DNA of 64,000 bases from Eledone cirrhosa (taxonomy: Eukaryota), in the NCBI GenBank assembly GCA_964016885.1, contig CAXHJY010000525.1, positions 62,001 to 126,000 of the forward strand, in the 5' to 3' direction. Position numbers and translations under genes: made by a program. Under the pieces are notes generated by a model. It made no database searches. It was given only the letters and a program-made list of their open reading frames with translations, and had not been told where the DNA came from. This document shows positions 11,981 to 26,142 of the stretch, in pieces. Each line of letters opens with the position of its first letter. Position 1 is the stretch's first letter.

Positions 11981-12889
11981 CATATTCAACAGTAGAAATA
12001 ACATATTTACTTTTAACAAATTATTTTACATTCAATAATCTATTATTGTTGTGTTACCAGATTGGGCACAGAAATGTTATGTCAACAAAGGAATTGAATT
12101 TTAACTCCCTTTCTTCCTAGTGTTAGGTACACATGTACATCCCTTGTCTAAAGTAGGAGTCTGTATTTACATTACACACACACAGATACACACACACACA
12201 CACACACAGATACACACACACACACACAGATACACACATGTACATCCCTTGTCTAAATGGGGAGTCTGTATTACATTACACACACACGCAGATACATAGA
12301 CACACACATATATATATATATATATAATTGTTTCTACTTTAGGCACAAGGCCAGCAATTACCCAGTGCATTACTGGTACTTTATTTTACCGACCCCGTAA
12401 GGATGAAAGGCAAAGTTAACCTCGGCGGGATTTGAACTCAGAATGGCAAGGGCCGTAACTCTATGCGTCAAAGCATGGCGTCCGACCCTCTACCGATACT
12501 GCCAATTCAATATATATATATAATGAGTTGATGGACCAAGCATATTTATAAATGCCAGTACCGGTTGTAACTCAGGGTACTCAATAGGCAATGTAAGATA
12601 CATTCCCAGAGTATACACATAGTTATTTGCTTCAATACAACACAGGTAAAACAGGTGCCTATAATAGTTCCTGGATTCATATATATATATATATATAACG
12701 AAGGAAATGTGGTAAGGAACCAGCTGGACCATAACGCACCAAAGTACTCAATACTTAGGGTAGTAGAGTGGCTAATAAGAACGAGTAGGACCCCGACGGC
12801 TGAGGACCCTGTCCAGAATTAGCTGTTGAAACGGCTTGAGCTCAGCCGTCGGGGTCCTACTCGTTCCTATATATATATATATATATGTG

Positions 12890-13170
12890 TGTTAGGTATT
12901 TCCGAAGAAAAAGCAAAGGAAAAAAGAGTGCTCTATGTATAGATCAGAGCTATTTAGTTAGAAAGTAAACAACACAATATATAACAACTCCATTAACAAA
13001 GGTTTCAGAACCCTAGACAATATTAACATATGTCTAGTTCGTTCATCAGACAGAGGGGTTATCTCTCTGTCTGATGAACGAACTAGACGTATGTTAATAT
13101 TGTCTGGGATCCTTGAAACCTTTGGTAATGGAGTAGTTATATTTTGTTTTGTTTACTTTCTAATTAAATA
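12890..13170. mobile_element. Family C fold-back element with two inverted hammerheads
   Basis: Inverted arms about 12950-13055 and 13063-13170, flanked by TA. Related pieces at 43519-43620, 48590-48745 and 57375-57510. Confidence 0.82.
13065..13133 (+). ncRNA. Type I hammerhead ribozyme (family C); inverted, slightly degenerate copy at 12988-13055
   Basis: CUCUGU-CUGAUGA-long stem II (cuagac..gucugg)-GAAA-CC-uuu-GG-UA/AUGGAG. Confidence 0.78.
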
Positions 13171-13184
13171 TATATATATATAAG

Positions 13185-13360
13185 TTTTAATATAGATGAG
13201 ATTCTACAGGACTAGAACTGTTTCATTCTTTAGAAATCATAAAGAATGAAACAGTTCTAGTCCTGTAGAATCTCATCTGTATTAAAACTTTTATACTCTG
13301 CAATGTATTGAGTACCTTACTTACTGTGGTTACCTCCGATTCAACCCAGAATAACGTATA
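13185..13360 (+). mobile_element. Family B fold-back element (other copies 56291-56478, 57110-57342; fragments 3315-3352, 5772-5812)
   Basis: Palindrome ttctacaggactagaactgtttcattc...gaatgaaacagttctagtcctgtagaa, plus tail tattgagtaccttacttactgtggttacc, in TA. Confidence 0.82.
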
Positions 13361-13569
13361 TCTATATCTATATATATATATATATATATATATAATTGGT
13401 GTTGGATGCTTAAAGCGTCCATTTGTGGTAGGCTGTTAGAGCACTTGATGCTCTCATAGAGCAGAGTATGATATCACAGAAAAAAAAGAGAATCAGTGTT
13501 GGTTCATTAAATTCCATTCGTCACAACTGATTCTCGTTATTTCTGTGATATATATAAATATGTTTTATA

Positions 13570-13607
<38 letters not shown>

Positions 13608-13663
13608 TTGTATATTTATACATTATATATAAATATATATATATATGTTTTGTATATTTATAC

Positions 13664-13694
<31 letters not shown>

Positions 13695-13709
13695 TTTGTA
13701 TATTTATAC

Positions 13710-13752
<43 letters not shown>

Positions 13753-13866
13753 TATATTTATACATTATATATATATATATGTGTGTTTTGTATATTTATA
13801 CATTATATATATATATATATCAACATTTTACGCCCACTTTTCCATGCTTGCAATATATCTATATAT

Positions 13867-14028
<162 letters not shown>

Positions 14029-14403
14029 CGTTGATTTATCCAAAAGCGGAATGAAACTGCTGGTAGTAGAGATGTATTGATGAGTTTGGTATGTTTATGT
14101 GCAATTTTTTCTTCTTACTTTGATTTTGCAACTAATTATGTATGGTCAATATGTCTAGTCAATTTCTACAGGCTATCAGAAATAAAATAATGGGTAAATT
14201 TTCTATAGCTGTGAATTGCGGATAAGCTATATCATTTATCTACTATTTCTTCATAAGTATATTTTAAGCCTATAGCCTCATTTAAATGATTTTTTGTGTG
14301 GTTAATTTATGCTGATTGGGAGAAGAAATAATGTATATATTTTATCTAATGATTCTATGGACTTACTTTATATATATATATATATATATATCATCATCAT
14401 CAT

Positions 14404-14450
<47 letters not shown>

Positions 14451-14866
14451 ATAAATACATATAGAAACGATCGTTAAATAATGAACTTTTTTTGTTTAAT
14501 ATAAGGAACTGTTTCATTGTTTTATTCATTATTTTTTTAATATTTTATCTTGACTCTGTATTCCGTTTATCTTTCACCGAAAGTGATTTTTCATTGAATC
14601 TCTTCTTTCCATGATATCCGGATTACATTGAGTTCTTCATACGGATTGGACACTACCGTAAACTCTTGGTAGATTTATCTACATAAATACATATATATAT
14701 ATATGAAGTCGTTGATCTTACTAATTAACATGAGTTCACTCTGAGTAATAGCTTTGTATTTTTTATAATATAAACCTAGTTATATCATTGAGTATGTAAG
14801 GGAAGAGTTCAACAGATATTTTTTGACTAGTTTCATAAACCTATAGATGTATGTATATATATAGGC

Positions 14867-14897
<31 letters not shown>

Positions 14898-14937
14898 TAT
14901 ATATAGGCATATATATATATATATAAATATATATATA

Positions 14938-15177
<240 letters not shown>

Positions 15178-15208
15178 GGCATATATAAATATATATATAT
15201 ATATAGGC

Positions 15209-15241
<33 letters not shown>

Positions 15242-15576
15242 GGCATATATATATATATATATTTATATATAGGCATATATATATATATATATTTATATAT
15301 AGGCATATATATATATATATATTTATATATAGGCATATATATATATATATAAATATATATAGGCATATATATATATATAAATATATATAGGCATATATAT
15401 ATATATATATATAAATATATATATAGGCATATATATATATATATATATAAATATATATATAGGCATATAGGCATATATATATATATATATATACATAGGC
15501 ATATATATATAGGCATATATATATATATATATATATACATACATATATGAGATACTATTCAGGATGTACACATGAG

Positions 15577-15721
15577 TGAAGACGATGGCGTGTCTGTCTG
15601 TTAAGACGATGGCATGTCTGTCTGTTAAGACGACGGCATGTCTGTCTGTGAAGACGGTGGCATGTCTGTCTGTGAAGACGACGGCATGTCTGTCTGTGAA
15701 GACGACGGCATGTCTGTCTGT
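15577..15721. repeat. 24-bp minisatellite (about 6 copies)
   Basis: gaagacgacggcatgtctgtctgt repeated. Confidence 0.9.
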
Positions 15722-15999
15722 GTGTGTGGAGGGTTGATGGTTGTTTCAATTGCCACAAGATAACATTTTGATAACATTTTTGTTTCCAAACTTTTTCTTT
15801 GGTTCATTGACCCAGAAGCCATGTTTATTGTGAAGTAAATATCTGGAACATCTTTGCACAGTACCCATGTATGTATATATAGATATAAATATATATATAT
15901 ATACACACATATATATACAGATATACAGAAACATATATATTTTTAATAACATGCATACATGCGTATATATATATATATATATAATGCATACATATATGC

Positions 16000-16044
<45 letters not shown>

Positions 16045-16050
16045 GCATAC

Positions 16051-16083
<33 letters not shown>

Positions 16084-16086
16084 ATG

Positions 16087-16122
<36 letters not shown>

Positions 16123-16123
16123 G

Positions 16124-16171
<48 letters not shown>

Positions 16172-16177
16172 GCATAC

Positions 16178-16216
<39 letters not shown>

Positions 16217-16372
16217 GCATACATATATATATATATATATATAATGCATACATATATGTATATATGTATATATAATGCATACATATATAAACATATATAT
16301 ATATGTATATATATATAGATATATATTTTTCAAATGCATACACAGGCATATATGTATATAGATTTATATATA

Positions 16373-16403
<31 letters not shown>

Positions 16404-16924
16404 GATTATATATATATATATATATGATTATATATATATATATATATATATATGATTATATATATATATATGATTATATATATATATATGTGTACATATA
16501 CACACACATATATCTATATAACTATATACATACATATATATATAATATACTTATATACATATACACACACACATATATATATATCTATATAACTATATAC
16601 ATATATATAAATATAATATACTTATATACAAACCTACATACATATTCATATGTATATATATATATATAATCGACACACAAACAGTAAACGTATATTTTCG
16701 TACTCGTGTTTTGGTGTGTTGTATTGTATTGATCAACTGAAGAATTTGGCGATGGTGATGGGTGGATCAATACTGGTTAAATAGATTGATTGGTTAAGTA
16801 GGTATGTAATTAGTTATGTATATACATGCATTGTGTAACATTAAAGAATTTTCAGGTAAAAAAAATCCACAGTAAAATCACTCACACACACATATATATA
16901 CATACACACATATATATATATATA

Positions 16925-17022
<98 letters not shown>

Positions 17023-17140
17023 ATATATATATGCATTTATATAAATAAATATGTATATATATATGTATGCATATATATATATATATATATATAAATATGT
17101 ATTTATATATAAGGTAAATTTACTTTGGATTCCTCTCTCC

Positions 17141-17183
<43 letters not shown>

Positions 17184-17292
17184 CATGCATGCATGTATGT
17201 ATGTATGTATATATATATATTTGCGTTTCGAAAGACAAAAACACTGTACGAAAATATACGTTAACGATTCATATTTTGTATGCATACATATG

Positions 17293-17374
<82 letters not shown>

Positions 17375-17521
17375 AAACACATTCACCCAGACATACATGC
17401 ATCTATCCATACACAACCACATCATTTTTATGTGTTTTATACTCTAATACTCCGTCAATGTTAGTTTCGTATGTATTTTTTCTTTGTTTTATAATAGTCA
17501 TCACCTCAGAAGATAATACAT

Positions 17522-17580
<59 letters not shown>

Positions 17581-17585
17581 ATATA

Positions 17586-17620
<35 letters not shown>

Positions 17621-17621
17621 A

Positions 17622-17721
<100 letters not shown>

Positions 17722-18620
17722 CATATGTATATATATATATATATGTATATACAATGGTATTGTTTTTGTGTTTTTCTTTTGTTCATATATATTATATTTA
17801 TATTTGGAGGGTTTTTTTGATTCGTCCATACGTATGTTTGTTTTCCAAAGATTTGTCGTGCAAAGTATGTTGAAGTGTGTATATATATATATATGTATAT
17901 ATATGTATATATATATATATATTCTATATATATATATATTTTATATATATATATATATTATATATATATTCTGTATATATATATATATATTCTGTACATA
18001 TATATTCTATATATATATATTCTCTATATATATATATTCTATATATATATTTTCTATATATATATATATATATTCTATATATATACATATATATATGAAT
18101 ATATATATATAGCTTTATATATATATGAATATATATATATAGCTTTATATATATATGAATATATATATATAGCTTTATATATATATGAATATACATATAT
18201 ATATATATATGAATATATATATACATATATATACATATGAATATATATAAACATATATATACATATGAATATATATAAACATTATATATATATATATATA
18301 TATATATGAATATATACATATATATGTATATATATACATAAATATAATACTGTATACCTTATATATATATATACATATATATATAATTAACTTTAAAGCA
18401 TGTCTTTTTCTTCCATCCTGTTGTCGTTATTAGTATTGATCAACGACAACCAATCATATATATATATCCATTAATTTGATTGTTTTATGATTTTTTTGAT
18501 TATTATTATTATCGTTTTTGTCATCACATCCTGTGTTTTGTTTCGTTTGATTTTCTTTTTTTTTCTTTTTGGCTTCTTTTCAAAACACATTTTTGCATTA
18601 TTGTAAAAAAAATATAATCA

Positions 18621-18746
<126 letters not shown>

Positions 18747-18762
18747 AATATATATATTTGTG

Positions 18763-18796
<34 letters not shown>

Positions 18797-18904
18797 GTTA
18801 TATATATATAAACATATATATAATATAAATATATGTTATATATTATATATATATAAATATGTTTTATATATATATATATATAAATATATGTTATATATAT
18901 ATAT

Positions 18905-18935
<31 letters not shown>

Positions 18936-18936
18936 G

Positions 18937-18979
<43 letters not shown>

Positions 18980-19067
18980 TATGTTATATATATATAGATA
19001 TATGTATATATGTTTTATATATATATATAAATAAATATATGTTATATATATATAGATATATGTATAT

Positions 19068-19121
<54 letters not shown>

Positions 19122-19300
19122 TATAATCTATTACAAATAATAATAATAATAATAATAGTAATAGTAATAATAATAATAACAATCAAACTGTAATATGGTA
19201 ATAGTTTTTTAGGGTTTTTCCAGCCTGTTTTATTACTGTCCCCCTTTGGTTTGCATGTATGTATATATACACATATATATACATATATATATATATACAT

Positions 19301-19386
<86 letters not shown>

Positions 19387-19495
19387 TCTGTGTGTATGTG
19401 TATATGTTGGGTTCTGGTCCTTTTTTGTTTGGATGGGGGATGGGGTTAAAATTTTAGTTTTAAATTTCATTTGAATGTTTGTTTGTTTGCTTTGT

Positions 19496-21223
19496 TCAAA
19501 CGACAGCAGATTCATTGCGTGGCACGAAAAAACGACAGTAAAATCTCTTCCATGAGTTGAGTGTTTTGCCTGTCCATATCCACACTCCAGAAGTTATTCC
19601 CACTATTATAGTCATTAAATACTTAATCATAAAAACTGTGAAGTCTGGCCAAGGACGCGACGGATCGCCTGTATGAGGGCATGGAAAGAAATAGGTGACA
19701 CAGACACGGGAATGCCAAGAAACCATCCAATGGTCTCGGAAAGATTGTTCGTAGAAAAGACAGGCGATAACAATTGTGGCCGGTACGGTATAGAGAACGG
19801 AAAATATGCCGATTCGGACCATCAACTTCTCGAGTTTGTCTGTTTTAGTGCCGTCGCTCTTCATTATGGTCCGTATTCGGAAGAGAGACACGAATCCAGC
19901 GAGCAAGAAAGTCGTACCGATAATTAAATAGACGACGAGGGGAGCTAAGACGAATCCTCGTAAGGCATCGACGTCGAATATACCTGTGAAACATACCCCA
20001 CTGAGTACGTCTCCATCCACTTGTCCCATAGCCAGAATGGCTATTGTTTTTATGGCCGGGACAGCCCATGCTGCCAGATGGAAATATTGTGAATTAGCCT
20101 CTATCGCCTCGTGACCCCATTTCATACCAGCTGCTAGAAACCAGGTCAGTGTTAATATAACCCACCAAATTGAGCTGGCCATACTGAAAAAATAGAGCAT
20201 CATGAAGAGAATGGTGCAGCCTTCTTTCTTGGTGCCTTGCGTGATGATAGAAACCATTTTCTCCGGCGCCAAATTTAGGCTTGGTGGATCGAAAGGTTTG
20301 TTGCAGGCTACGCTGTCTCCCAGTGCGAATCCAACCACATAGGCCAGCGCCACCATAAAATAGCATCCGGACAGAAATATAATGGGACGTTCTGGGTATC
20401 GGAAGCGCGTCATGTCGATTAGGAAAGTGAGCACTGTAAACAATGTGGATGCCATGCAAATTGCCGAGCATATACCAATCCACATTCGGGCAAAATCTCT
20501 TTTATCAGGGGTGAAGAACATGTCATTACAAGGTGCCCCACAGTCACGGTCTAAGTAATTTCCAACCTTGAGACGGTAATTCAAGGTTTTGGGCACTCGG
20601 AATTCTACAGGACAATGGAAACCGTATTCTGAGGAATTCAGGTTGGGCGAGAAAACATCGTCCTGGTCGCTGTGGTCTGTTGGACGGAAAGTGTGGACTT
20701 TGGTTGCTGGAGAAGGCGTTGGATCTGTGATGTTCTCACCCACACATAGACCGGATCTTGGAAATTTCTCACATCTTAGAGATTCAGGCCATTCGAAGCC
20801 GAACCTGTTCATGAGTTTTTCACACCCTTCTCGGGCCTGTTGACACATCTGTTGGCATGGTGGGATAGCATGGTCTAACATTGTACACACTGGAGCATAC
20901 ATTGAACAGAGGAAAAAGCGTAAGTAGGGGCTGCATTCCACTTTGACTAGGGGGAAAAACTGATGTACTTCAAGGCCTGCATCATCCTGTTTTTGATGGT
21001 TCAAGATGTTTGGTAATATGGTCATGTTGTATTGAATACCTTTACATAAAGGTATGGTAATGGGTTCACATCTATCATGGGTTGGAAATACCTGAGGGTT
21101 GTTCACACGACGACTAAACGACTGACAATCCGCCAAGAAGCCACCATTGTGGAATGAAGACAACAAAAAACTACATACATACACAACACCGATCATAAAA
21201 CTTCTTCCTATGTGGTAATACAT
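19496..21223 (-). CDS. fzd1/2/7: Frizzled Wnt receptor, Fz1/2/7 class, single coding exon, 575 aa
   Basis: Signal-peptide-like N-terminus; CRD (CEPITIPLC...[16 protein letters not shown]...[11 protein letters not shown]); [12 protein letters not shown]; seven TM segments; [24 protein letters not shown]; Dishevelled-binding KTxxxW (KTLNSW). The start Met is not verified. Confidence 0.97.
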   Translation of the reverse strand: MYYHIGRSFMIGVVYVCSFLLSSFHNGGFLADCQSFSRRVNNPQVFPTHDRCEPITIPLCKGIQYNMTILPNILNHQKQDDAGLEVHQFFPLVKVECSPYLRFFLCSMYAPVCTMLDHAIPPCQQMCQQAREGCEKLMNRFGFEWPESLRCEKFPRSGLCVGENITDPTPSPATKVHTFRPTDHSDQDDVFSPNLNSSEYGFHCPVEFRVPKTLNYRLKVGNYLDRDCGAPCNDMFFTPDKRDFARMWIGICSAICMASTLFTVLTFLIDMTRFRYPERPIIFLSGCYFMVALAYVVGFALGDSVACNKPFDPPSLNLAPEKMVSIITQGTKKEGCTILFMMLYFFSMASSIWWVILTLTWFLAAGMKWGHEAIEANSQYFHLAAWAVPAIKTIAILAMGQVDGDVLSGVCFTGIFDVDALRGFVLAPLVVYLIIGTTFLLAGFVSLFRIRTIMKSDGTKTDKLEKLMVRIGIFSVLYTVPATIVIACLFYEQSFRDHWMVSWHSRVCVTYFFPCPHTGDPSRPWPDFTVFMIKYLMTIIVGITSGVWIWTGKTLNSWKRFYCRFFVPRNESAVV

Positions 21224-21583
21224 CGTTGCAAATTAATAATAACAATATTATTATTATTATTATTATTATGATTTTTGATTTTGTGTATATTATATATATA
21301 TTATATATATATATTATATATTATATATGTGTGTGTATGTGTATAGTAGGTTCAAAATTTTTTTTTTAAATGAATAAAATTGTGTTCAAAGTATTTTCAA
21401 AGGTTTATAAAGAAATGTTAGTTGTTTATGGTGTTGCTGTGAATATGGTATGGTATATGGTAAATGGTATAGTATGGTATTTTTGATGGTGGTGATGGAG
21501 TTGTTGATGAATATGTTTTCAAATTTTCAAATGGAATAAAAGAAGGACTAGATAAGACAAATGGTATACCTCTCTCTCTCATC

Positions 21584-21618
<35 letters not shown>

Positions 21619-21682
21619 TATATATATAAATGTATATATGTGTGTATATATATATATATATTATATATATATATATAGTATG

Positions 21683-21727
<45 letters not shown>

Positions 21728-21946
21728 TTCAAAATTATATGTTATTCCCCTCGTAAAAGAAATAGGAGCTCCCTTGTTTTATTTCTTTTTTCTCTCCTGT
21801 CACTGTCTGTAGGTTCCATTAGATGTTTATATATTATATATTGGGCTGTTTGTTTATTTGGAGTTGGTTAGGTTTTGGCCTGAAAGAAAAGAAATGAAAA
21901 ATTAGTATTGTTGTTGATATGGGCAGAACATATATTTATTTATATA

Positions 21947-22410
21947 GTTATACTTTGGGAGGGCCATGCTGCCAATAAAAACACACGCACCTGTTGGTTT
22001 TCACTTCAATTTATTGTAAATTTCTGGTTGGTTGGTTGGTTCGATAACTGGATGGTTGTTGATATATTGTCAAAGGTCTTTTGTCACACATTCTGTGACC
22101 TCCTCAGTGAGTGGGTTTTTTATTTTGTGTCTCTCCTTTGTTCTGACCAACACCATCTTGTTTGTGTGTGTAGAACAAAACAAAGGAGAGACACAAAATA
22201 AAAACCCAGTCACTGAGGAGGTCACAGAATGTGTGACAAAAGAGCTTTGACAATATATCAACAACCAACCAACCAACCAAGCAGAAATTTATAATAAATT
22301 GAAGTGAAAACCAACAGGTGTGCGTGTGTTTTTATTGGCAGCATGACCCTCCCAAAGTATAACAATATCTGTTTCAACACACGTTTTCAGATAAGAATTC
22401 TTGCAAAAGA
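21947..22410 (+). mobile_element. Family F fold-back element (~190-bp arms) with a degenerate hammerhead at 22209-22251
   Basis: Arms 21947-22143 and 22178-22363. Motif GUCA-CUGAGGA-g-GUCACA-gaaug-UGUGAC-aaaa-gagc-uu-UGAC (GAAA mutated). The tail matches 48501-48566. Confidence 0.75.
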
Positions 22411-22421
22411 AATTCAAAAAC

Positions 22422-22479
<58 letters not shown>

Positions 22480-22655
22480 TAGTATGTATATATAAAAAAT
22501 ATATATATATATGTAAAAGGTAAACAGAAATAACACAAAGGGTACAGTATATGGAAGGAATATATTAGGTTAACGCTTAAAATAGCAGGAAGAGTGCCTT
22601 AAAGTTTTGAATGCTAGTCCTTCATCAAAAGAAAAAATTAGAAATTAGAAGAGAT

Positions 22656-22699
<44 letters not shown>

Positions 22700-22734
22700 A
22701 TCTCTTCTAATTTCTAATTTCTAAATAAAAGTTT

Positions 22735-22763
<29 letters not shown>

Positions 22764-22768
<5 letters not shown>

Positions 22769-22913
22769 AAAGTTTTATTTAAAATTGTTGGGTTACAACG
22801 AGTAAATATTTTATAACTGATATAAAGCACTCAACAAGTTTTGGAGTAGATATACGATATTAAACAAATGGAAACTATGGTTTTATAAATATAGTTTCCA
22901 TTTGTTTAATATC

Positions 22914-22918
<5 letters not shown>
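22764..22918 (-). mobile_element. Family D 3' fragment with a short fold-back
   Basis: Reverse complement matches 32578-32710; hairpin tatacgatattaaacaaatggaaacta...tagtttccatttgtttaatatcgtata. Confidence 0.75.
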
Positions 22919-22948
<30 letters not shown>

Positions 22949-23084
22949 GTATAGGATTATCCTAGATGTAGTAATGGTTAATTACTACACTGGATATGGT
23001 TGACGTACGGTGAGAGGTTACTCTACGAGTTATGGAAGAATTGTTGAAGAAATTTAGTTCCTGATCCTTCTGTATTCCGGAGTG

Positions 23085-23299
23085 TATATAAAGAATGAAT
23101 AATAACAGGTAGACATCATAAAAAGGTAATTTATTCCGTGTGCTCTGAGGATACAGTGGTCACAGCATTGGATATTTGAGTTCTGCAAATAGTTGTAAAT
23201 TTGCACATAGCATAACTAGGCTGTAGTACCACCGTGGAAACATTTGTAAGCACACGGAATAAATTACCTTTTTATGATGTCTACCTGTTATTATTCATT

Positions 23300-23308
<9 letters not shown>
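23085..23308 (+). ncRNA. Type I hammerhead ribozyme with a perfect 60-bp stem I and a large branched stem II (family G; element about 22945-23308)
   Basis: 23085-23144 is the exact reverse complement of 23249-23308. Between them lie CUGAGGA (23145), stem II uacaguggu/accaccgug plus acagc/gcugu, GAAA (23237), ca-uu-ug, and UA. Confidence 0.85.
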
Positions 23309-23330
<22 letters not shown>

Positions 23331-23753
23331 ACTTTGAATAACTTTGAAATGATTTGGCCAGTATTGGCCCAGGCCATGTCTAACTTAATAGCACCACCTG
23401 GCTAATATATATATATATAGTTCAAGGAGATGTCAAAACAGAGGTACAAAAAGTTATATTAGATTAACACTTTATATGGAAAAGGGGAAAAAAATTCAAC
23501 GTGTCGGGCTTCAGCCCTTCTTCAAGGGTACACAAATAGAGACAGGATCACAAAGGATAGATACAGAAAATAAAAGGTAGTCCAAGTAAAAAAAAAAAAA
23601 CGAAAATAAAGAGAGTAAAGGAGACAGACCATTAGGTAGTCTTAGTAATGATATTGGAATGCAAAGTGAAGTGTGTGTGTATTAGTGTTGATATTATGTG
23701 TGAGTGTATGTGTGAGTGTATGTGTGAGTGTATGTGTGAGTGTATGTGTATGT

Positions 23754-24935
23754 TTAACCTTTAGCATTTAAACCGGCTGCATCTGGCCAGAATTCTCTCA
23801 CCTCTTTCTGTTCAAACTGGCCATAACCAGCCCCTCATACTGACATTTTAACCCTTTAGCATTTAAACCGGCTGCATCTGGCCAGAATTCTCTCACCTCT
23901 TTCTGTTCAAACTGGCCATAACCAGCCCCTCATACTGACATTTTAACCCTTTAGCATTTAAACCGGCTGCATCTGGCCAGAATTCTCTCACCTCTTTCTG
24001 TTCAAACTGGCCATAACCAGCCCCTCATACTGACATTTTAACCCTTTAGCATTTAAACCGGCTGCATCTGGCCAGAATTCTCTCACCTCTTTCTGTTCAA
24101 ACTGGCCATAACCAGCCCCTCATACTGACATTTTAACTCTTTAGCATTTAAACCGGCTGCATCTGGCCAGAATTCTCTCACCTCTTTCTGTTCAAACTGG
24201 CCATAACCAGCCCCTCATACTGACATTTTAACCCTTTAGCATTTAAACCGGCTGCATCTGGCCAGAATTCTCTCACCTCTTTCTGTTCAAACTGGCCATA
24301 ACCAGCCCCTCATACTGACATTTTAACTCTTTAGCATTTAAACCGGCTGCATCTGGCCAGAATTCTCTCACCTCTTTCTGTTCAAACTGGCCATAACCAG
24401 CCCCTCATACTGACATTTTAACCCTTTAGCATTTAAACCAGCCATATCCGGCTAGAATTAGCTCACTTCTTTCTGTTCAAACTGGCTGTAACCAGCCATT
24501 CATACTGATGTTAAGGTAGTGTTCTAAAAATAAATAATATCAAAATCTCAGATTCGATAATATGTGAGATAATTATGTAAGATAAAGCCTTTACCACAAA
24601 AATATAATAGTATATATAGAGCAATGTGAATGCTATGTGAGATATTATGTGAGGTAAAGCCTTTACCACAAAAATATAATAGTATATATAGAGCAATGTG
24701 AATGCTATGTGAGATAATTATGTGAGGTAAAGCCTTTACCACAAAAATATAATAGTATATATAGAGCAATGTGAATGCTATGTGAGATAATTATGTGAGG
24801 TAAAGCCTTTACCACAAAAATATAATAGTATATATAGAGCAATGTGAATGCTATGTGAGATAATTATGTGAGGTAAAGCCTTTACCACAAAAATATAATA
24901 GTATATATAGAGCAATGTGAATGGTAAAGGGTTAA
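23754..24935. mobile_element. piggyBac-like MITE with tandemly amplified left (95 bp x ~8) and right (73 bp x ~5) parts
   Basis: ttaa(c)ctttagc-type starts at 23754, 23848, 23943, 24038, 24133, 24228, 24323 and 24418; the 73-bp unit spans 24565-24925; it ends gggttaa. Confidence 0.88.
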
Positions 24936-26142
24936 GGTATTGTTCTCAAAATAAATAATATCAAAATCCCATAAATTAGATATTAAGTGAAATAACTATA
25001 TGGGATAAAGACTTTACCATGGAAAATACAATAGTAAATATAGAGTAATAATCATCATCATCATCGATTAACGTCCATCTTCCACACTAGCATGGCTTAG
25101 ACAGGTCCTATTTAAGGCAAGTTGTGTCAGGTGACCGTGTCTTGCTCAAATAGAACTGTTTCTGGCTAGTTTTCTATGGCTGGATGCCATTCATAGCGCT
25201 AACCACCATTTACAGTGTGTAAATATTAAAGGGTTAAACGTGTGTAAGTTTTTATCTAAACTTTAGATAATAAACTTTTGATACTTTAGATTCTAAAGTA
25301 TCAAAGTTTGTGAGTATGATGCATATATCCATGTGGTATGTGTAGTACCGACTGAAATTGCTGTTATTATCAGGGGTGATGGATAAGTAATATTAACGGG
25401 GCATTGGACAAGATGCTTTGTGGTATATAGTTACAGCCCTTTACATTCAAAGTTCAAATCCCACTGATATTAAGCTTTGCTTTTCATCCCTTGGCAGGGT
25501 CGATAAAATACAGTACCAGTAACACCACACCCAGGTTGATTTAATTGACCCCCCCTCTCCCCCCACATATTGCTGGCTTTGTTCTTAAATTAGAACCCAT
25601 ATTAATTAAGACTGGTGGAAACAACAACCATGAGCTTGGGGATCCAGCCAGATCAGTTGGAGACATTTGCTTCTGAGAGGAGGACCTGCTGAGGGTAGTA
25701 TTTGATGGCTCTACCCCCTCCCCCACGACACTCTCAGGAATAAATGGGTGAAGAAGGGAACATGCCACCATTTCTGATGTTACCGTACTATTGCTGCTAC
25801 TGTTGTTGTTGGACCCCTGTTAGTTATGAAGACAAGTGTTCTAGTTGTTTGTTCAATGGAACAGCCTAATTGTGAAATTACCATGCAGTAAGTGGCTGAG
25901 CATTCTACTGACAATGCATCCCCCTCAACGTAATTTCTCAGGAGTTTCACCTTCCCCATGACATCCAAGTTGACAGGAGCGATGTGAAATAAAGTGTCTT
26001 GCTCAAGGTCACAATGCATTACTGGGTGTCATGCTCATAATCACACAATTGTGAACCAAAACCCTAACCCCTAAGCCACATGCTTTCCCCACTATGACTG
26101 CTATGGTCCGTCTGTCTATTCCATGACCAGAGCCTGTTATCC

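Noticed and set aside
16737-16760. Isolated CTGAAGA
   Set aside because: No stem II, GAAA or stem I complement; a chance match.
19673-20843. Small ORFs overlapping frizzled
   Set aside because: They are alternate-frame or antisense by-products of the real CDS.
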